Below, piece after piece: positions 13,100-26,590 of a DNA stretch of 64,000 nucleotides (positions are counted from its first letter, which is position 1; each line of letters opens with the position of its first letter). The stretch is from Squalus acanthias (taxonomy: Eukaryota). The notes under the pieces are model-generated. The model saw only the letters and a list, made by a program, of their open reading frames with translations. It was not told the DNA's origin and ran no database searches. Where the stretch lies: positions 20,338,001-20,402,000 of the forward strand of contig CM059433.1 of the NCBI GenBank assembly GCA_030390025.1, written 5' to 3'. A program made the position numbers and the translations under genes.

Positions 13100-13423
13100 T
13101 GACTCTTCGACAGCACCTCCCAAACCCGCGACCTCTACCATCTAGAAGGACAAGGGCAGCAGGCGCATGGGAACACCACCACCTCCAAGTTCCCCTCCAA
13201 GTCACACACCATCCTGACTTGGAAATATATTGGCGTTCCTTCATCGTCGCTATGTCAATGTCCTGGAACTCCCTCCCTAACAGTACTGTGGGAGTACCTT
13301 CACCATGCGGACTGCAGCGGTTCAAGAAGGCGGCTCACCACCACCGTCTCAAGGGCAATTAGACATGGGCAATAAATGCTGGCCTTGCCAGTGATGCCCA
13401 CATCCAGGAACGAATAAAAAAAA
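13100..13423 (+). mobile_element. Non-LTR retrotransposon 3' end (CR1/L2 group, family uncertain)
   Basis: Encodes RSFIV..SWNSLPNSTVGVPS..GLQRFKKAAHHH, a LINE C-terminal pattern, ending in aataaaaaaaaa. Confidence 0.65.
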
Positions 13424-13439
13424 ACCTCTAAAGTACACC

Positions 13440-14235
13440 TATTGCAGCATCTACTTGTTCTTAAATGATTCCAGGGCTCTCACCTCTATGTAAGAGTCCA
13501 TTCTAAATATTAATCACTCTTTGTGTAAAAAAGGAGCTTCCTGATCTCAGCCCTCAATTGGCCTTTTATTAGTGTTGGCCTCTTGTCTCTACCCTTGTGA
13601 TTTAATTAAAGGTAATGTCTAGATTTACCTTTTCCATGCCATTCACTATATTATATTTCAATGAGACCACCTCTTACGTGCCTCCTTTCAAGACTGAAAC
13701 ACCCGAGTCTCTCCAGTCTTCCCTCATAATCCAGACCTCTTAACAACTAATGACTAGCTGCACTACCTCCAGTACTTCTTGTGTCTTGGTGACCAGAACT
13801 GGACTCAGAATTGGTCTGACGAGAGCACCATACTGTTAGAGTATGACTCCCGCTGACTTATATTCTACTGTTTTAGCTACGTAGTTTAGCATTGTACTGC
13901 TGCTCTGCATTGGTTGAAGATGTTAAGCTACTAAGACTCCTAGGTTTCTTTCAACTCCATCCTTAGCTATTTCAACACTATACATGGAACACATGGGTTG
14001 CCTATTTGCCTTCCTATGTGCAGTTCTTTACATTGGTCTGTATTAAATTTCATCTGGTCACTTCCTATTTTCTGCAGCTGATTCTGTAATATCTGAGCTG
14101 TCTCTTCCAGTTCGTCTGCCCGTCTTAGTTTAGTATCATCTGCAGATTTGACCAGTTTGAATTGGGCTTCTGACTGCAAGTTACTGACGTACAAGAGAAA
14201 CAGTAATGGTCCCAATATCATTCTCTGGGGCATCC
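13440..14235 (-). mobile_element. Old CR1-type LINE fragment
   Basis: ORF 13967-14233: PQ..ILGPLLFLLY...KSADDTKL...QMKFNTDQC. Confidence 0.75.
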
Positions 14236-14648
14236 TGGCTTGTATTCCCTTGAGTTTAGAAGGTTGAGGGATCGATCATCTAATTGAGGTGCTTAAAATG
14301 ATAAAGGGATTTGATAGGGTAGATACAGTGAAACTACTTCCTCTGATGGGGGAATCCAGAACAAGAGGGCTAATCCTAAAATTAGAGCTGGACCATTTGG
14401 GAGTGAAATCAGGAAGCACTTCTGCACACAAAAGGCATTGAAAATCTGGAACTCCCTTTTCCCAAGAGGCTATGGCTGCTGGGACAATTGAAATTTTCAG
14501 GACTGCGATCAAAAGATTTTTGATAAGTAAGGGTATCAAGGGATATGGATTAAAGGTGGGTAAATGGGGTTGAGGTACAGATCAGCCATGATCTAATTGA
14601 ATGGTGGAACAGGCTCAAGAGGCTGAATATCCTACTCCTGTTCCTATC
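14236..14648 (+). mobile_element. CR1 LINE 3' end
   Basis: C-terminal CR1 coding remnant and 3' UTR similar to 39600-40000. Confidence 0.8.
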
Positions 14649-15035
14649 ATCCGAAAAGAAGTAAAGGAGCAGAGCGACAGAAAGAGAAACAGAAATGGCA
14701 GCGAGACAGAAGTGAAGGAGGAGCGAGAAGTGAAGTAGATAGAAATGGTGTAGCCCAGTGATTTAAAAACACAAAATAGATGGAAATTTGATCATGGTGT
14801 TTAATCATGGCTATGTTGACTCAGCATTGATTTAATCATACAAGTCCCGTTTGATATTTGAGCCTATCCCAGCCGGAAACTGGATTGAGACTAGCCAGAC
14901 TCATTTCACGCAGACTGCCGGGTACGCCCAAAAATTAACCCTGATGTAATTTTGCAGTGGCCGTCTCATGACTAAGTTTGTTATTGCAGTGCCCAGTTTA
15001 CGAATGAAAAACGGGCACAACACATAGCAGTTTCT

Positions 15036-16740
15036 ATGGCCGCGATTTCGCCAGCGGAGGCGGGATCGTGGCGGGAGAGGTGGTTGGCGGGTTCCGGTCC
15101 CATTCCCGGCTGCAACCGCTCTGTGAAAAGGGTTTTACATATGTTGGGCTTGTTCAGCCCACCCTGCGGGGTTCTCGGCCAATTAAAAGGAAGTGGGTCT
15201 GATGATGTCATTTGATGACGCGTCATCAGCCGGTTTCCTTAAAGGGACCATGACCACATTGATTTTGACAGTTGTGCTGTCAGTGTTCTACAGCATTGAG
15301 GAGCTGCAAACACTGACAAGCACTGCACAGAGGTGGACGTCTGCACCCAGGCTCTCGCATGACTCCCTCCATAAGCTTATGGAGGGAGTCACAGCACACA
15401 GGGAGGTTCTCTTCCCTTCCAAGGGCGGAAGAGACCCCCCAGGAGATCAACGCAGCCTGTTTGCACATTTCACAGGAGGGCAATAGCAGGGATGTCATCA
15501 GGAGGACCAGGCTGCACTGACGCAAACCTTTCAATGATCTCAGTAGATCACGAAACATTACTGCAAGCCACACTCAACCTCATCCTGCTGTGCCACTCAT
15601 CACATCCCCATCACTCTGCCTTCCCTACCCTACTCCTGCACATCTTTACTCACACCAACTTACATTGCTCCTCCACCCATCCCTCTCTATCTACATTATC
15701 ACCTCCCCATCTCACTAGCCACCCTCACACTCACCCTCATCCTAATCCAATCATACCAACTAACAACACACAAGGGTAGGTACTTTGTTTTATGCAATTT
15801 TCATGTAAAGTTTCTGTTAATGTGTTGTCAAACATTGAAATCTTTATTTTCAACACTTTGCCTTACTGTACAGATCTGTGCTCACCTTTGGAAGTGGCTT
15901 AGTGAGTTGCAGTGAATGGTGAGACATAACGGTTAGGGTGATGAGTGTGAAAGGAATGGCTTTGTCATTGTAGGAATGCTTTATGGTAATGGTGTGGGGT
16001 GGTGCCAACCTGGCGCATCATGTAGCAGCGTCAAGTGAAGTAAATCTGGCCATGGTGATGCCATCAACAGCAATGTTGTCGGGTGCTGATGCCCTGTGTC
16101 CTGTGCAGCATCAGGTGATTGCGGAGAAGGTTGGTGGTGTTGTTGGTGATATTGGTGTGCCTGGTGATGCTGGTGTTGGGGCTGATCGTGGAGGGATTCA
16201 GAGGACCAAGGTGAGATTTTTTCAAGGGCACCGATGTTGCTGGAATAAATGGCAGCTGAAGTTGAGATGACAGAAGCGATCTGTCAATGATGAGAGAGCT
16301 TGCTCCAAGGAGGTGAGAGTGGATAGAGAGTTTACTCCAAATACTTCCAAACTGCATACAGCTCAAAAGTGTCTTCCTAGTCATGAAGGCTCAAGCTTCT
16401 GACATTGGAAAGTGACCAGCTGTGAAATGCTAGCTTTCATTAGACATAGAGAACTCAACCTGACGTGATCTCCGAACGATGTGAACTCCGTTAAAAATAT
16501 GGTAAAATAGACAAAGGCTGGCAAAATAGTAGTAAACAAGCACTTAACAAGCAGTTAAGTATCTTAAATGCCTCCCCCACCACTTGGAGTCGGGTCTGTT
16601 CTGAAATTGCAGACCCGACACTCTGGAAACTTACATGGAGGCGGGTTTGCAGTTGGCTCCCAACCCGCTGTCAATCATTTTGATTTTAACAGCGGACCTG
16701 CCTCCAAACCTGTACTCTGAGCACCGGCAAAATTCAGCCC
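15036..16740. mobile_element. Internally deleted PIF/Harbinger-like DNA transposon
   Basis: Imperfect TIRs ggccgcgatttcgcc / ggcaaaattcagccc. Plus-strand Myb/SANT-like remnant (APRLSHDSLHKLMEGVTAHREVLFP, about 15340-15420). Homologous to 21983-22903 and 41329-43202 in opposite orientation. Confidence 0.7.
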
Positions 16741-17767
16741 TAGGTGTTTGGGCACACCAATCCAATCCAATCCTCAATGGGCATAGACCCACTGTGCAAA
16801 ACTGACCATAATTGGGCACAAAGTGGCAGAAAGACCAAGATGTACGGCACACTTTCTGCTGCTGCAAAGCGGTTTCAGCTAAACTGTCATCAGTCTGAGA
16901 TAACTTGGAGGCAGCATTTCATTTCAGTTCAGCCCAGTATAACACCCACAAGGCTAGCGGAATCTGTTTAAAGTTTCATTTTAAAGTTCAAAAAGGCTCT
17001 CAGGCAGTTCGCTGAACTGTCTTTAAGATTGCAATGTTCTCGTGAAAAATGTCACTGGCATTTGGATGCAGGTCAGCAGGACTCTGCACATACATTGAAG
17101 TGCTCTGCCTTCCTCTGATATGTGAATAATGCAGAACTGGCAGTGTAACTCCATACTGTTGGCTTGCACTGCTCTGAAGCAGGTGCCTATGTCGAAGTAC
17201 AATATAAAAAGGCAGCATTCGATGACATTGCACCATCATTTAAGTGCCCCTTTAAAAGCAGAGGTTGTCGGACAAAGTATCAATGGTAAATAAGCATCTC
17301 TTTCAAAAAGATTCCAACCAAGATGCCATTATGAGGAGAATTAAGAGTCAGTGCGTAGCTCATGCATTTAAGTTCCATTATATAGCCTGAAATTTGCAGC
17401 AATGAGACATGAATTTTTATGGCATGTTGTAAAAACTGTGTATTTAACGTCAGTAGAAATAATAAATCTATGTACGCAGTAAACTAAAATGGATTTGAAG
17501 CATTTTTGTGGCAAATATACAATTAATTTTTTCTATGCAGCAATGATATGAATGTTAAAAAATACACATTTTTCAAAAGGTTTCCTTGTGTTAACTGGGT
17601 AAAGTTTAGGAGTACAAGGAGTGAGGGTAGCAACGATGACGTAGAATTACATTGAATGACATAGAACTTACAGCACAGAAACAGGCCATTCGGCCCAACA
17701 GGTCTGTGCCAGTGTTTATGCTCCACATGTGCCTCCTCCCACCTTACTTTATCGCCCCTAATCCCAC

Positions 17768-18155
17768 GCCAGAGACTTGAGCACAAAATTCTAGGCTGAC
17801 ACTCCAGTGCAGTGCTGAGGGAGTGCTGCACTGTCGGAGGTGCCGTCTTTCGGATGAGATGTTAAACCGAGGCCCCGTCTGCTCTCTCAGGTGGACGTAA
17901 AAGATCCCACGGCACTATTTTGAAGAAGAGCAGAGGAGTTATCCCCAGTGTCCTGGCTAATATTTATCTTTCAATCAACATCACTAAAACAGATTATCTG
18001 GTCATTATCACATTGCTGTTTGTGGGAGCTTGCTGTGCACAATTGGCTGCTGCGTTTCCTACATTACAACAGTGACTACACTTCAAAAAGTACTTCATCG
18101 GCTGTAAAGCATTTTGGGACGTTGTGCAAGGCGCTCTATAAATGCAAGTCTTTCA
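17768..18155 (+). mobile_element. Deu-domain SINE (SacSINE1/AmnSINE1-like), head truncated
   Basis: ggaggtgccgtctttcggatgaga.gttaaaccgaggcccc core and ggcgct.tataaatgcaagtcttt tail; multiple copies in the window. Confidence 0.8.
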
Positions 18156-18159
18156 AGTC

Positions 18160-18487
18160 TTTCTAGTTTTGGACTCCCCCACAAGTGGAAACATCTTCTC
18201 TACATCTACCCTATCAAACCCCTTCATAATTTTAAAGCTCTCTATCAGGATACCTCTTCGCCTTCTCTTTTCGAGAGAAAATAGCTCCAACCTGTTCAAT
18301 CTTTCCTGATAGTTGTGCCCTCTCAGTTCTGGCATCATCCTTGTAGATCTTTTTTGTACGTTCTACAGTGCTTCTATCTCCTTTTTGTAACATGGAGACC
18401 AGAACTGTGCACAGTACTCTAATTATTGGAGTCAGATTTTTTTTTTATACTTTTGATAATACATGATCTAAGTGTGGTCTAACCAAG
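18160..18487 (-). mobile_element. CR1 fragment, followed by a second SINE tail (18488-18620)
   Basis: ORF 18153-18338 (YQERLNRLELFSLEKRRRRG); highly similar to 10900-11157. Confidence 0.82.
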
Positions 18488-19259
18488 CTTGCTGTGGACA
18501 AATTAGCTGCCGCGTTTCCTACATTACAACAGTGACTACACTTCAGAAGTACTTCATGACGCTTTGGGATGTCCTGAGGTCATGAAAAGTGCTATATAAA
18601 TGCAAGTCTTTCTATTTTTTTACTAGATCTTACTAGAGAGTGGTAGGGAATTCATACACATGGATCATAACTACTAGACTGGCAGAGATTTTTCAAAAAT
18701 AAATTAATCAGCAGTGGTTTGCTAGTTAAGTCTTGAGCTAGGCCTGCAGTGACTTTATTACTAGGAAATATAGATAGATGCACAAACACTAAATTTCATG
18801 TAATTTAAGTAGGATTTGAGCTGCAGGTTGCTAGGAAACTTGTATGATCAGCTATACTGCCATGGAATTTAGACAGACATGGCCATAGCCCTTTGATTAC
18901 CAGGCAACTCTCTCTTCTGCGAACACATGGATGAAAAGGCAATGAGAAAAGGCCAGCAGATCTCACGCATCATTCACCCAATCAGTAACCAGGCGATCTC
19001 CTGGGAAAGATTAAAAAGAAATTGAGGGGAAAAAAAAACCCTGCAGCCAATTTAGGAAAAACTCTTAGAAGTAACTAAAGCAATCAAGCGAACTCTAGGA
19101 AACCAGTATTGCCCAGGGCTCAACCTGACCACAACTAAGGTGAGTAGATTTGAATAATTAACAAGCAATTATCATACCTACACTCTTTATATCGAGTCTT
19201 GGTTTTATTTAGGATATTGTTATAATTCCCTATGGCCCTGACGTGGATGTATTATAGGA

Positions 19260-20805
19260 TATTGTCATGCATCCCATTTGGATAGGATAAAATAGATAAA
19301 GAGGATGTACTTAAAAGGTTGGCAATCCTCAAAGTAGAAAAGTCACCCAATCCGATGGGATGCATTCTAGGTTACTGAGGGAAGTAAGGATGGAAATTGT
19401 GGAGGCTCTGGCCACAATCTTCCAATCCTCCTTGGATAGGGGGTGGTGCCAGAGGACTGGAGGATTGCAAATGTTACACCCCTGTTTAAAAAAGGGGAGA
19501 GAGATAAACCCGGAAACTACAGGCCAGTCAGCCTAACGTCAGTGGTGGGGAAACTTTTAGAGACAATAATCCGAGACAGAATTTGGAAAAGTATGGACTA
19601 ATAAATTAAAGTCAGCACAAATTTGTTAAAGGCAAATCATGTTTGATGAATTTGATCGAGTTCTTTGATGAAGTAACGGAGAAGGTTGATGAGGGTAGTG
19701 TGGTTGATGTGTATATGGACTTTCAAAAGGCGTTTGACAAAGTACCACATTAGCAAAAATTTAGCAAAATTAAAGCCCAAAATTAAAGGGACAGTGGCAG
19801 CATGGATACAAAATTGGCTAAGGGACAGAAAGCAGAGAATAATGGTGAATGGTTGTTTTTCAGACTGGAGCAAAGTATACAGTGGTGTTCCCCAGGGTTA
19901 GGCATTCGGACCACTGCTCCTTTTGATATATATTAATAACCTGGACTTGGGTATACAGGGCATAATTTCAAAGTTTGCAGATGATACAAAACTCGGAAAT
20001 GTAGGAGGATAGTAACAGACTTCAGGAGGACACAGACAGACTGGTAAAATGGGCAGACACATGGCAAATGAAATTTAATGTAGAGAAGTGTGAAAAAAGC
20101 TGTTAAAAAAGCATATGGGATCCTTGGCTTTATTAACAGAGGCATAGAGCAAACACTGGTTAGGCCTCAGCTGAAGTATTGTGTTCAATTCTTGGCACCA
20201 CACTTTAGGAAGGATGTCAAAGCCTTGGAGAGGGTGCAGATGAGATTTACTAGAATGGTTCCAGAGGGACTTCTCTGCTCCAAGGAGAACAATCCCAGCT
20301 TCTCCAGTCTCTAGACATAAATGAAGTCCTTCAGATTGCCAGGAAACTTGTATGAGGGACTTCAGTTATGTGGAGAGATTGGAGAAGCTGGGGTTTTTCT
20401 CCTAAGAGAAGAGAAGTTTAAGAGGAGATTTGATAGAGGTGTTTAAAATCATGTAGGATTTTGATACAGTAAATAAGGAGAAACTGTTTCCAGTCGCAGA
20501 AGGGTCAGTAACTAGCGGACATAGATTTAAGGTGATTGACAAAAGAACCAGCAACGACATGAGGAAACATTTTTTTACACGGCGAGTTGTTGTGATCTGG
20601 AATGCACTGCCTGAAAGGGTGGTGGAAGCAGATTCAACAGTAACATTCAAAAGAGAATTGGATAAATACTTGAAGGGGATAAAATTTACAGGGCTATGGG
20701 GAAAGAGCAGGAGAGTGGGATTAATTGGATAGCTCTACCAAAGAGCCGGCACAGGCATGATGGGCTGAATGGTCTCCTTCTGTGCTGTACCATCCTATGA
20801 TTCTA
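19260..20805 (+). mobile_element. Degenerate CR1 LINE (RT region to 3' tail) with internal deletions
   Basis: Frameshifted RT motifs (NYRPVSLTSVVGK, DFQKAFDKVPH, SGVPQG, KFADDTKL) and atcctatgattctat tail. Confidence 0.9.
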
Positions 20806-20884
20806 TAATCGTTTACCTTTAATACAAGTTCGAGGACGAGGATACACTGAAATGTCTGGTTAATAATCTTTTTAAAATCAACTC

Positions 20885-21487
20885 AATGAGTGCAAAAGCA
20901 AGGAAGTTATGCTAAACCTTCATAAAACACTGGTTAGGCTCCAGCTGGAGTATTGTGGCCATTTCTGGGCCCCACACTTCAGGAAGTTTGTCAATCCCTT
21001 CAAGAGGGTGCAGCGAGATTTACGAGAATGGTACCAGGGGTGAAAGATTTCAGTTACGTGGAGAGACTAGAGAAACTGGGGTTGTTCTCCTTAGAGCAGA
21101 GAAGGTTAAGGGGAGATTTGATAGAGGTGTTCAAAATCATGAAGGGTTTTAATAGAGTAAATAAGGAGAAACTGTTTCCAGCGGCAGAAGGGTAGGTAAC
21201 CAGAGGACACAGATTTAAGGTAATTGGCAAAAGAACCAGAGGCGACATGAGGAAAACATTTTTTACGCAGCGAGTTGATATGATCTGGAATGCACTGCCT
21301 GAAAGGGTGGTGGAAGCAGATTCAATAATAACTTTCAAAAGGGAATTCTTGAAGGGGGAAAATTTGTAGGGCTCTGGGGAAAGAGCAGGGGAGTGGAACT
21401 AATTGGACAGCTCTACCAAAGAGCCGGCACAGACACAATGGGCCGAATGGCCTCCTTCTGTGCTATATCATTCTATGATTTTATGAT
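20885..21487 (+). mobile_element. CR1 LINE 3' fragment
   Basis: RFTRMVPG..YVERLEKLGLFSLEQRRLRGDLIEVFKIM; attctatgattttatga tail. Confidence 0.9.
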
Positions 21488-21982
21488 GCCACATACAGTG
21501 CATATGAGATCGGTACCGATTATAACTCACATGCTGTGTATATGCATTTGATACGTAAGCTGGTTTAGTGGTAAGGTTAGCTGCTATCATTTGTTGTGCT
21601 CATTAATACCTTAAGTTGTTTATTACACTCCGGGCATTCCACATATGAGAGCACATTAGTTCTCGGTAGCCTTGAAAGTTTTATCTTTTCCCAGTACATC
21701 TATAACACAAGCCTTATTCATACCAGACTGCTCCCCTCTGTATTCTTGACTGATTTACTGTAATACCTATTATTTATCTTATAACCTTGTAAGCACTGCA
21801 GAGTCAATCTTTAATATGTGTGTGTATATATTTTATATTTAGAAAGGCTTACCATTGCTAAGGTACCTGGTACACCTATATTTACACTGAGGACACTGGT
21901 AGCTCATGGATGATGTTGATGAGAATACTAACAACTTAGATTTTTATAGTACCTTTCACAAAATGGCCCAAGGCCCACTAAA

Positions 21983-22903
21983 GGGGTAGCGGTGGATACC
22001 GGGCAGGTAGTAAGCAGAGAAAGTTAGGAAAGTTAGATTGGGACCCCGCTGTGAACCTGCCGCCACGCGCCTTTACCAAATGTCGGGTCTGTCAGCGCTG
22101 AGCAGACACGCAGCAGCGGGGGAGGCAATTAAAATCATTAGTGGCTTGTTCACAGCCACTTAACAATAGTTTTTTCCCAGCTTTTTGAATTTGACAGGTC
22201 GCCCACCAGTTTCCCGCTGTGCCTAGACCTCGTCTATGAAGCGGAGGCGGGAGGTCAGTGGCCACTGAATCTGCTGATGAGTTGACAGCTTCAAATATCA
22301 AGACAAAGCTCCCAGCTAATTGAGAAATGTTCCCTTAACCACTAGCTTCTCTAAACTGCATTTCCACTACAGATTCAGAATACTGCAAGTCTTTACACAA
22401 GTCTCCATCTAATCTGACCTCATTACCTCTCCCACCATTGACAGATCGCTTCTGTCATCTCTACTTCACCTGCCATCTATTCCAGCAGCATGGGTGCCCT
22501 TGAAACTCTCTCACCTTGGTCCTCAGAATCCCACCACTATCAACCCCAACACCAGCATCACCAGGCACACCAGCAGCAGCATATGGAGGGAGTTATGGGA
22601 GAGCCTGGGTGCAGCCCAGTGCTTGTCAGTGTTTGCAGCACCTCAATGCTGTAGGACACTGACAGCACGACTGTCAAAAGAAAGTTGGCCATGGTCCCTT
22701 TAAGGAAACCGGCTGATGACGCGTCATCAAATGACATCACCAGGCCTTCTTCCTCTAATTGGCCGGAAAAATCGCCGGGCGGGCTTAACAAGCCCAATCA
22801 GGGGAAATTCATTTTGGAGGCCGGGATGGAGACAGCAACGGGGTCGGGACCCGCCACCGATGTCGCCCGCCACAGACCCGCCGAGGTTCATAAAATCCAG
22901 CCC
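21983..22903. mobile_element. Internally deleted Harbinger-like element
   Basis: Right end aaaatccagccc; reverse-complement homology to 15100-15320 and 16150-16300. Left boundary approximate. Confidence 0.6.
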
Positions 22904-23195
22904 AACAACTTGTATTTATATAGCGCCTTTAACATATTAAAACATCCCAAGGTGCTTCACAGGAGCGATAGCAAGCAGAATTTGACACCGAGCCACATAA
23001 GGAGATATTAGGACAGCTTGGTTAAAGAGGTAGATTCTAACGAGTGCCTTAAAGGAAGAGAGAGGTAGCGAGGCGGAGAGGTTTCGGGAGGGATTCCAGA
23101 GCTTAGGCCCTAGACAACTGAAGGCACGGCCGCCAATGGTGGAGTGATGAAAATCGGAGGGCCAGAATTGGAGGAGCGCAGAGATCTCGGAGGTA
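22904..23195 (-). mobile_element. L2-type LINE 3' end
   Basis: HHSTIGGRAFSCLGPKLWN in ORF 22937-23200; tail as at 10340-10470. Confidence 0.8.
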
Positions 23196-23844
23196 CACAA
23201 ACATGCATTACTTTATAGAAAATTTATTTATCGAATGTACACACTTTCCAACTGCATATGAGTGGGTGTTCCTGGAGAGATGCAATTAAAATACTAAAGT
23301 TCTGAATTGGGCTGCAATTTGAATATTCATGAATTGTTGCAGGCTTTGGCTTCTCCTTATTGCTTTGCCAACAATCTCTGTTTACTTTAGCCTTTGGTGC
23401 TAAAGTGGAATGATATGTGGAAGATTACGTGTCGACCCTCGGATTTGCTTTATTTTCCAAGGTCACTGCCTGAATTTGTTGTATGCTGCTAGAAGCCACA
23501 TCCGTTGTGATCCGGTGAGGAAATGGTTGATAAAGAAAAAAAATCCACAGCCGAAGTCAGTCAATGGGAACAGGTGTGTGGCGAGCGCGACATTCTGTTT
23601 ATCCAAACAATCCCATTAAGCTGTTCACATTGAAGACATATTCACAGTCCCCAGTGCGGAGGTTTGTTTTATTTAAGAAGGGCAGGAACCAAACAAACAC
23701 AAATTGCGCCGATGGATTCTTGACACCTCTGACCCTGCAAGAAGGGTTCTGGTTTTAGAATCACGTCCATCAAAAACCTAAGAACAGGAAAATCCCATCA
23801 GACAGTGGGGAATTAAAATTTTACTGGTTTCCTAAAATATAATA

Positions 23845-24033
23845 GGGCTAGAAATTCGTCTCGGGCGGTGGGGCAAAAATGGCGGTATCGGATCGTCCGC
23901 CCGTGATACACAACGCCTGATATTCTGTTCTATTGCAGTAATGGAGCTGAATATCAGACGCTGCGTATATGTAACGGGCGGCCGATCCGATACCGCCCGT
24001 TTTGCGCCACCGCTCGAGACGAATTTCTAGCCC
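23845..24033. mobile_element. Palindromic (fold-back) MITE, Harbinger-like ends
   Basis: gggctagaaattcgtctcg...cgagacgaatttctagccc; arms pair over about 85 bp; flanks ata/att. Confidence 0.85.
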
Positions 24034-24059
24034 ATTATCTTTGAGTTAAAGAAGAAAAG

Positions 24060-24190
24060 GAAATAACTGGCATTCCTAGAGCGCCTTTTTGACATCAGGA
24101 CGTCCCAAAGAGCTTTACAGCCAATGAAGTACTTTTGAGGTGCAGTCACTGTTGTAACGTAGGAAACGCGGCAGTCAATTTGCGGACAGT
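24060..24190 (-). mobile_element. Deu-SINE 3' tail fragment
   Basis: Reverse complement of 18030-18150. Confidence 0.7.
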
Positions 24191-26562
24191 AAGTTTGGTT
24201 GCTTTCTACCACTTAGGCTGGATTCTTTATCCTAGTTGTAGCCTATAGGAAGAATTTCTGCCCTCACATACCTCCCCACCTGAAAGGGGTAGAATTCAGG
24301 TGAGTGCTTGAGATGGGGGCGCAGGTTTCTGTCCTTTAACGTATTCCATTTATGTTGCACTGCATCTTCAAACAAGATTAAAACATAAAACCATGGAACA
24401 AGTTTCCTGCTGGTCGGCAGGGGAACTGCTTGGTGCAGTACTGTGCCATACAGACCTAAAGGTCCCACTTTAGTTCCTGATCTGTGCTCAGTTAGCTCGG
24501 GCTGCAGTTAGAGTGTTACAGTTGACCTCAGGTAAACTCTCCTGCTGCTGGTGACTATCCACTTAGCCCTGCTGGAAAGTGCACGTGTGTATGGACGTGG
24601 GTGAAGAGAGGATTGAGCTCAGCTGTGATGCCTTCTATGGTTGAATAACTTACTGACATTTCCTGTCTATATTATTAATTTTCACTAGGAGGATGCACCG
24701 GCCAGCTCCTAGCTACTGGGGAATTGTACCCCTGTAAGAATCAACGCCTTTAAGAAAGGCGTAGACAGCAAGTGAGAAAATGGGAGAAAAATTGGAGTGA
24801 AAAAGCCATGGAACTGTTTTGTAACGTAATAGTGCATATATAGAGCATTAAATGATTGTAGGATAGGAGGCTGATGGGACAAGGGACTCATTTGGTTCAA
24901 ACTCTGAGATTGAATTATTGACCTAAAGCTATTGCCAGCTATTTGTTATACATTTGTTACACATTTTTTTCCAAAACATTTTACCTTTTTTTCTGGTCCT
25001 AATGCCACGTCGAGCACATTGCAACTGTGTGAAGGGGCAGTAAAAGACATAGTGACGTAGGACCTGAAGGTGCAATGTAACTGCTTCAATAATATTCAGA
25101 GATTTATTGTGGTGCATTCTGCTTTCGAATTGTGGCTGTAATCCACATTGAAGTAATTTGTCTTTATCACTGTTGAGCTTTACAAATGACCAACATCAAG
25201 ACCGGGTGGTAATTTACTTCGGCTCTATCTCAACCTGTCCTACATATTCCGCCCACACATGCACTAGAATAATGCTGTCGCTGTCAAATGTACTGTTTTA
25301 CCTACCTGCAAAATGGGCCAGTAAAATCCGGGGCATGATACTTGAGGGTGATCACCCTTCAATTCTTGAAATAATTTAAGTTTACAGATATGTAATCCGC
25401 ATATATAAATGTTACATCTTGGAAAAAAAAAATCGCCAGTGGGCTTTATTTCAAAACCAAAATATATGTTACTTAATGAATTAATTAAACCGAGCTACTG
25501 CTGTCTGTTGGAAAAGCTGCTGCTTTTAATCATTCTTCATTATCACCAGTAGTGCTTTGCCCTTGAAAATTATTGTTTTAAATGACATTACTTCAGTAAA
25601 TCCTGAAGCTCCGCTGACCAGAGATCTGATGTCATAGCTAAAGCGAGATTTACTAGTTAAGGCAGCGTCTTCGCAGAGGATTTTATGGCGGAGACATCTG
25701 TAATTTATCTGTACTAGTCTTTTTAATGCTCTCTGGGTTATATTTTGATTTTTGGGCGACCGACCACTGCTAGTTGGCCACCTATTCCCCAGTGATTTAG
25801 AGGCACCAGCCTCATTTGTATTCACCAGGCTAGTTGTCGGGCGTCGAACACACGTCCCATCACAGCTCGGCAAACCGGAGACTGGAAATCAAGCTGGAGC
25901 TGCCACCAGAAATGTAAGTGGCGGGGTACCAGGGCGCCAGCGGCTCAGATTATTTTTCTGGGTCCTGGAGGTGCATCTGTTGCTCCTCTGGGACCCACAA
26001 AGATAATTCAAGTCTTAGCTTGAGCGGGCCTCATCTTTTCCGTCGCCCATGGAGGTGATCGAAGCCTGCACTGCGCGGTCTCCGACCAGTCCCATCCTAA
26101 AATGGCAATTGGGATCCTATTTATGTCATAGGGCCCTGATTTCCATATTGAATGGGGCTTATCGCCTGAAACAGATGGGTGCTTTGGACACCTGGCGTTC
26201 GGCCCCTTTTACGATGGAACCGGCCTCATCGCCTCTGTTGACGGGCCGGTAAGGCTACCGACCCCATTTTGTGGCTGTTAACATCAGCTGAAGGCACACA
26301 AAATTGACCTCTCCCTGTTTCTCACTCTCTCTCACTCACTTGTGAAGGTCTGGGCCTCTTATGATGCACCACAGGGTGCTTGGGAACGTGAGCAGTGAGG
26401 AGGTTAGGTTTATGTAATAATACCCATTGATGCAACTTGGAATATATTCATATTTAATTTGATTACATTAAGGGTAGGTGGTTGGGGGAAGAGGAGCGAT
26501 GAATCTGACATGTTATTTATCTATTTGCTACATTGGTATCCATTCAGTCGTTTACTTTTCAG

Positions 26563-26590
26563 TTCCACGATGACGAATTGCAGAACAAAC
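26563..26590 (+). other. Candidate 28-nt internal exon of an unidentified transcript
   Basis: tttacttttcag|...aac|gtaagt, near-consensus splice sites in unique sequence; frame 0 reads FHDDELQNK. Confidence 0.35.
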
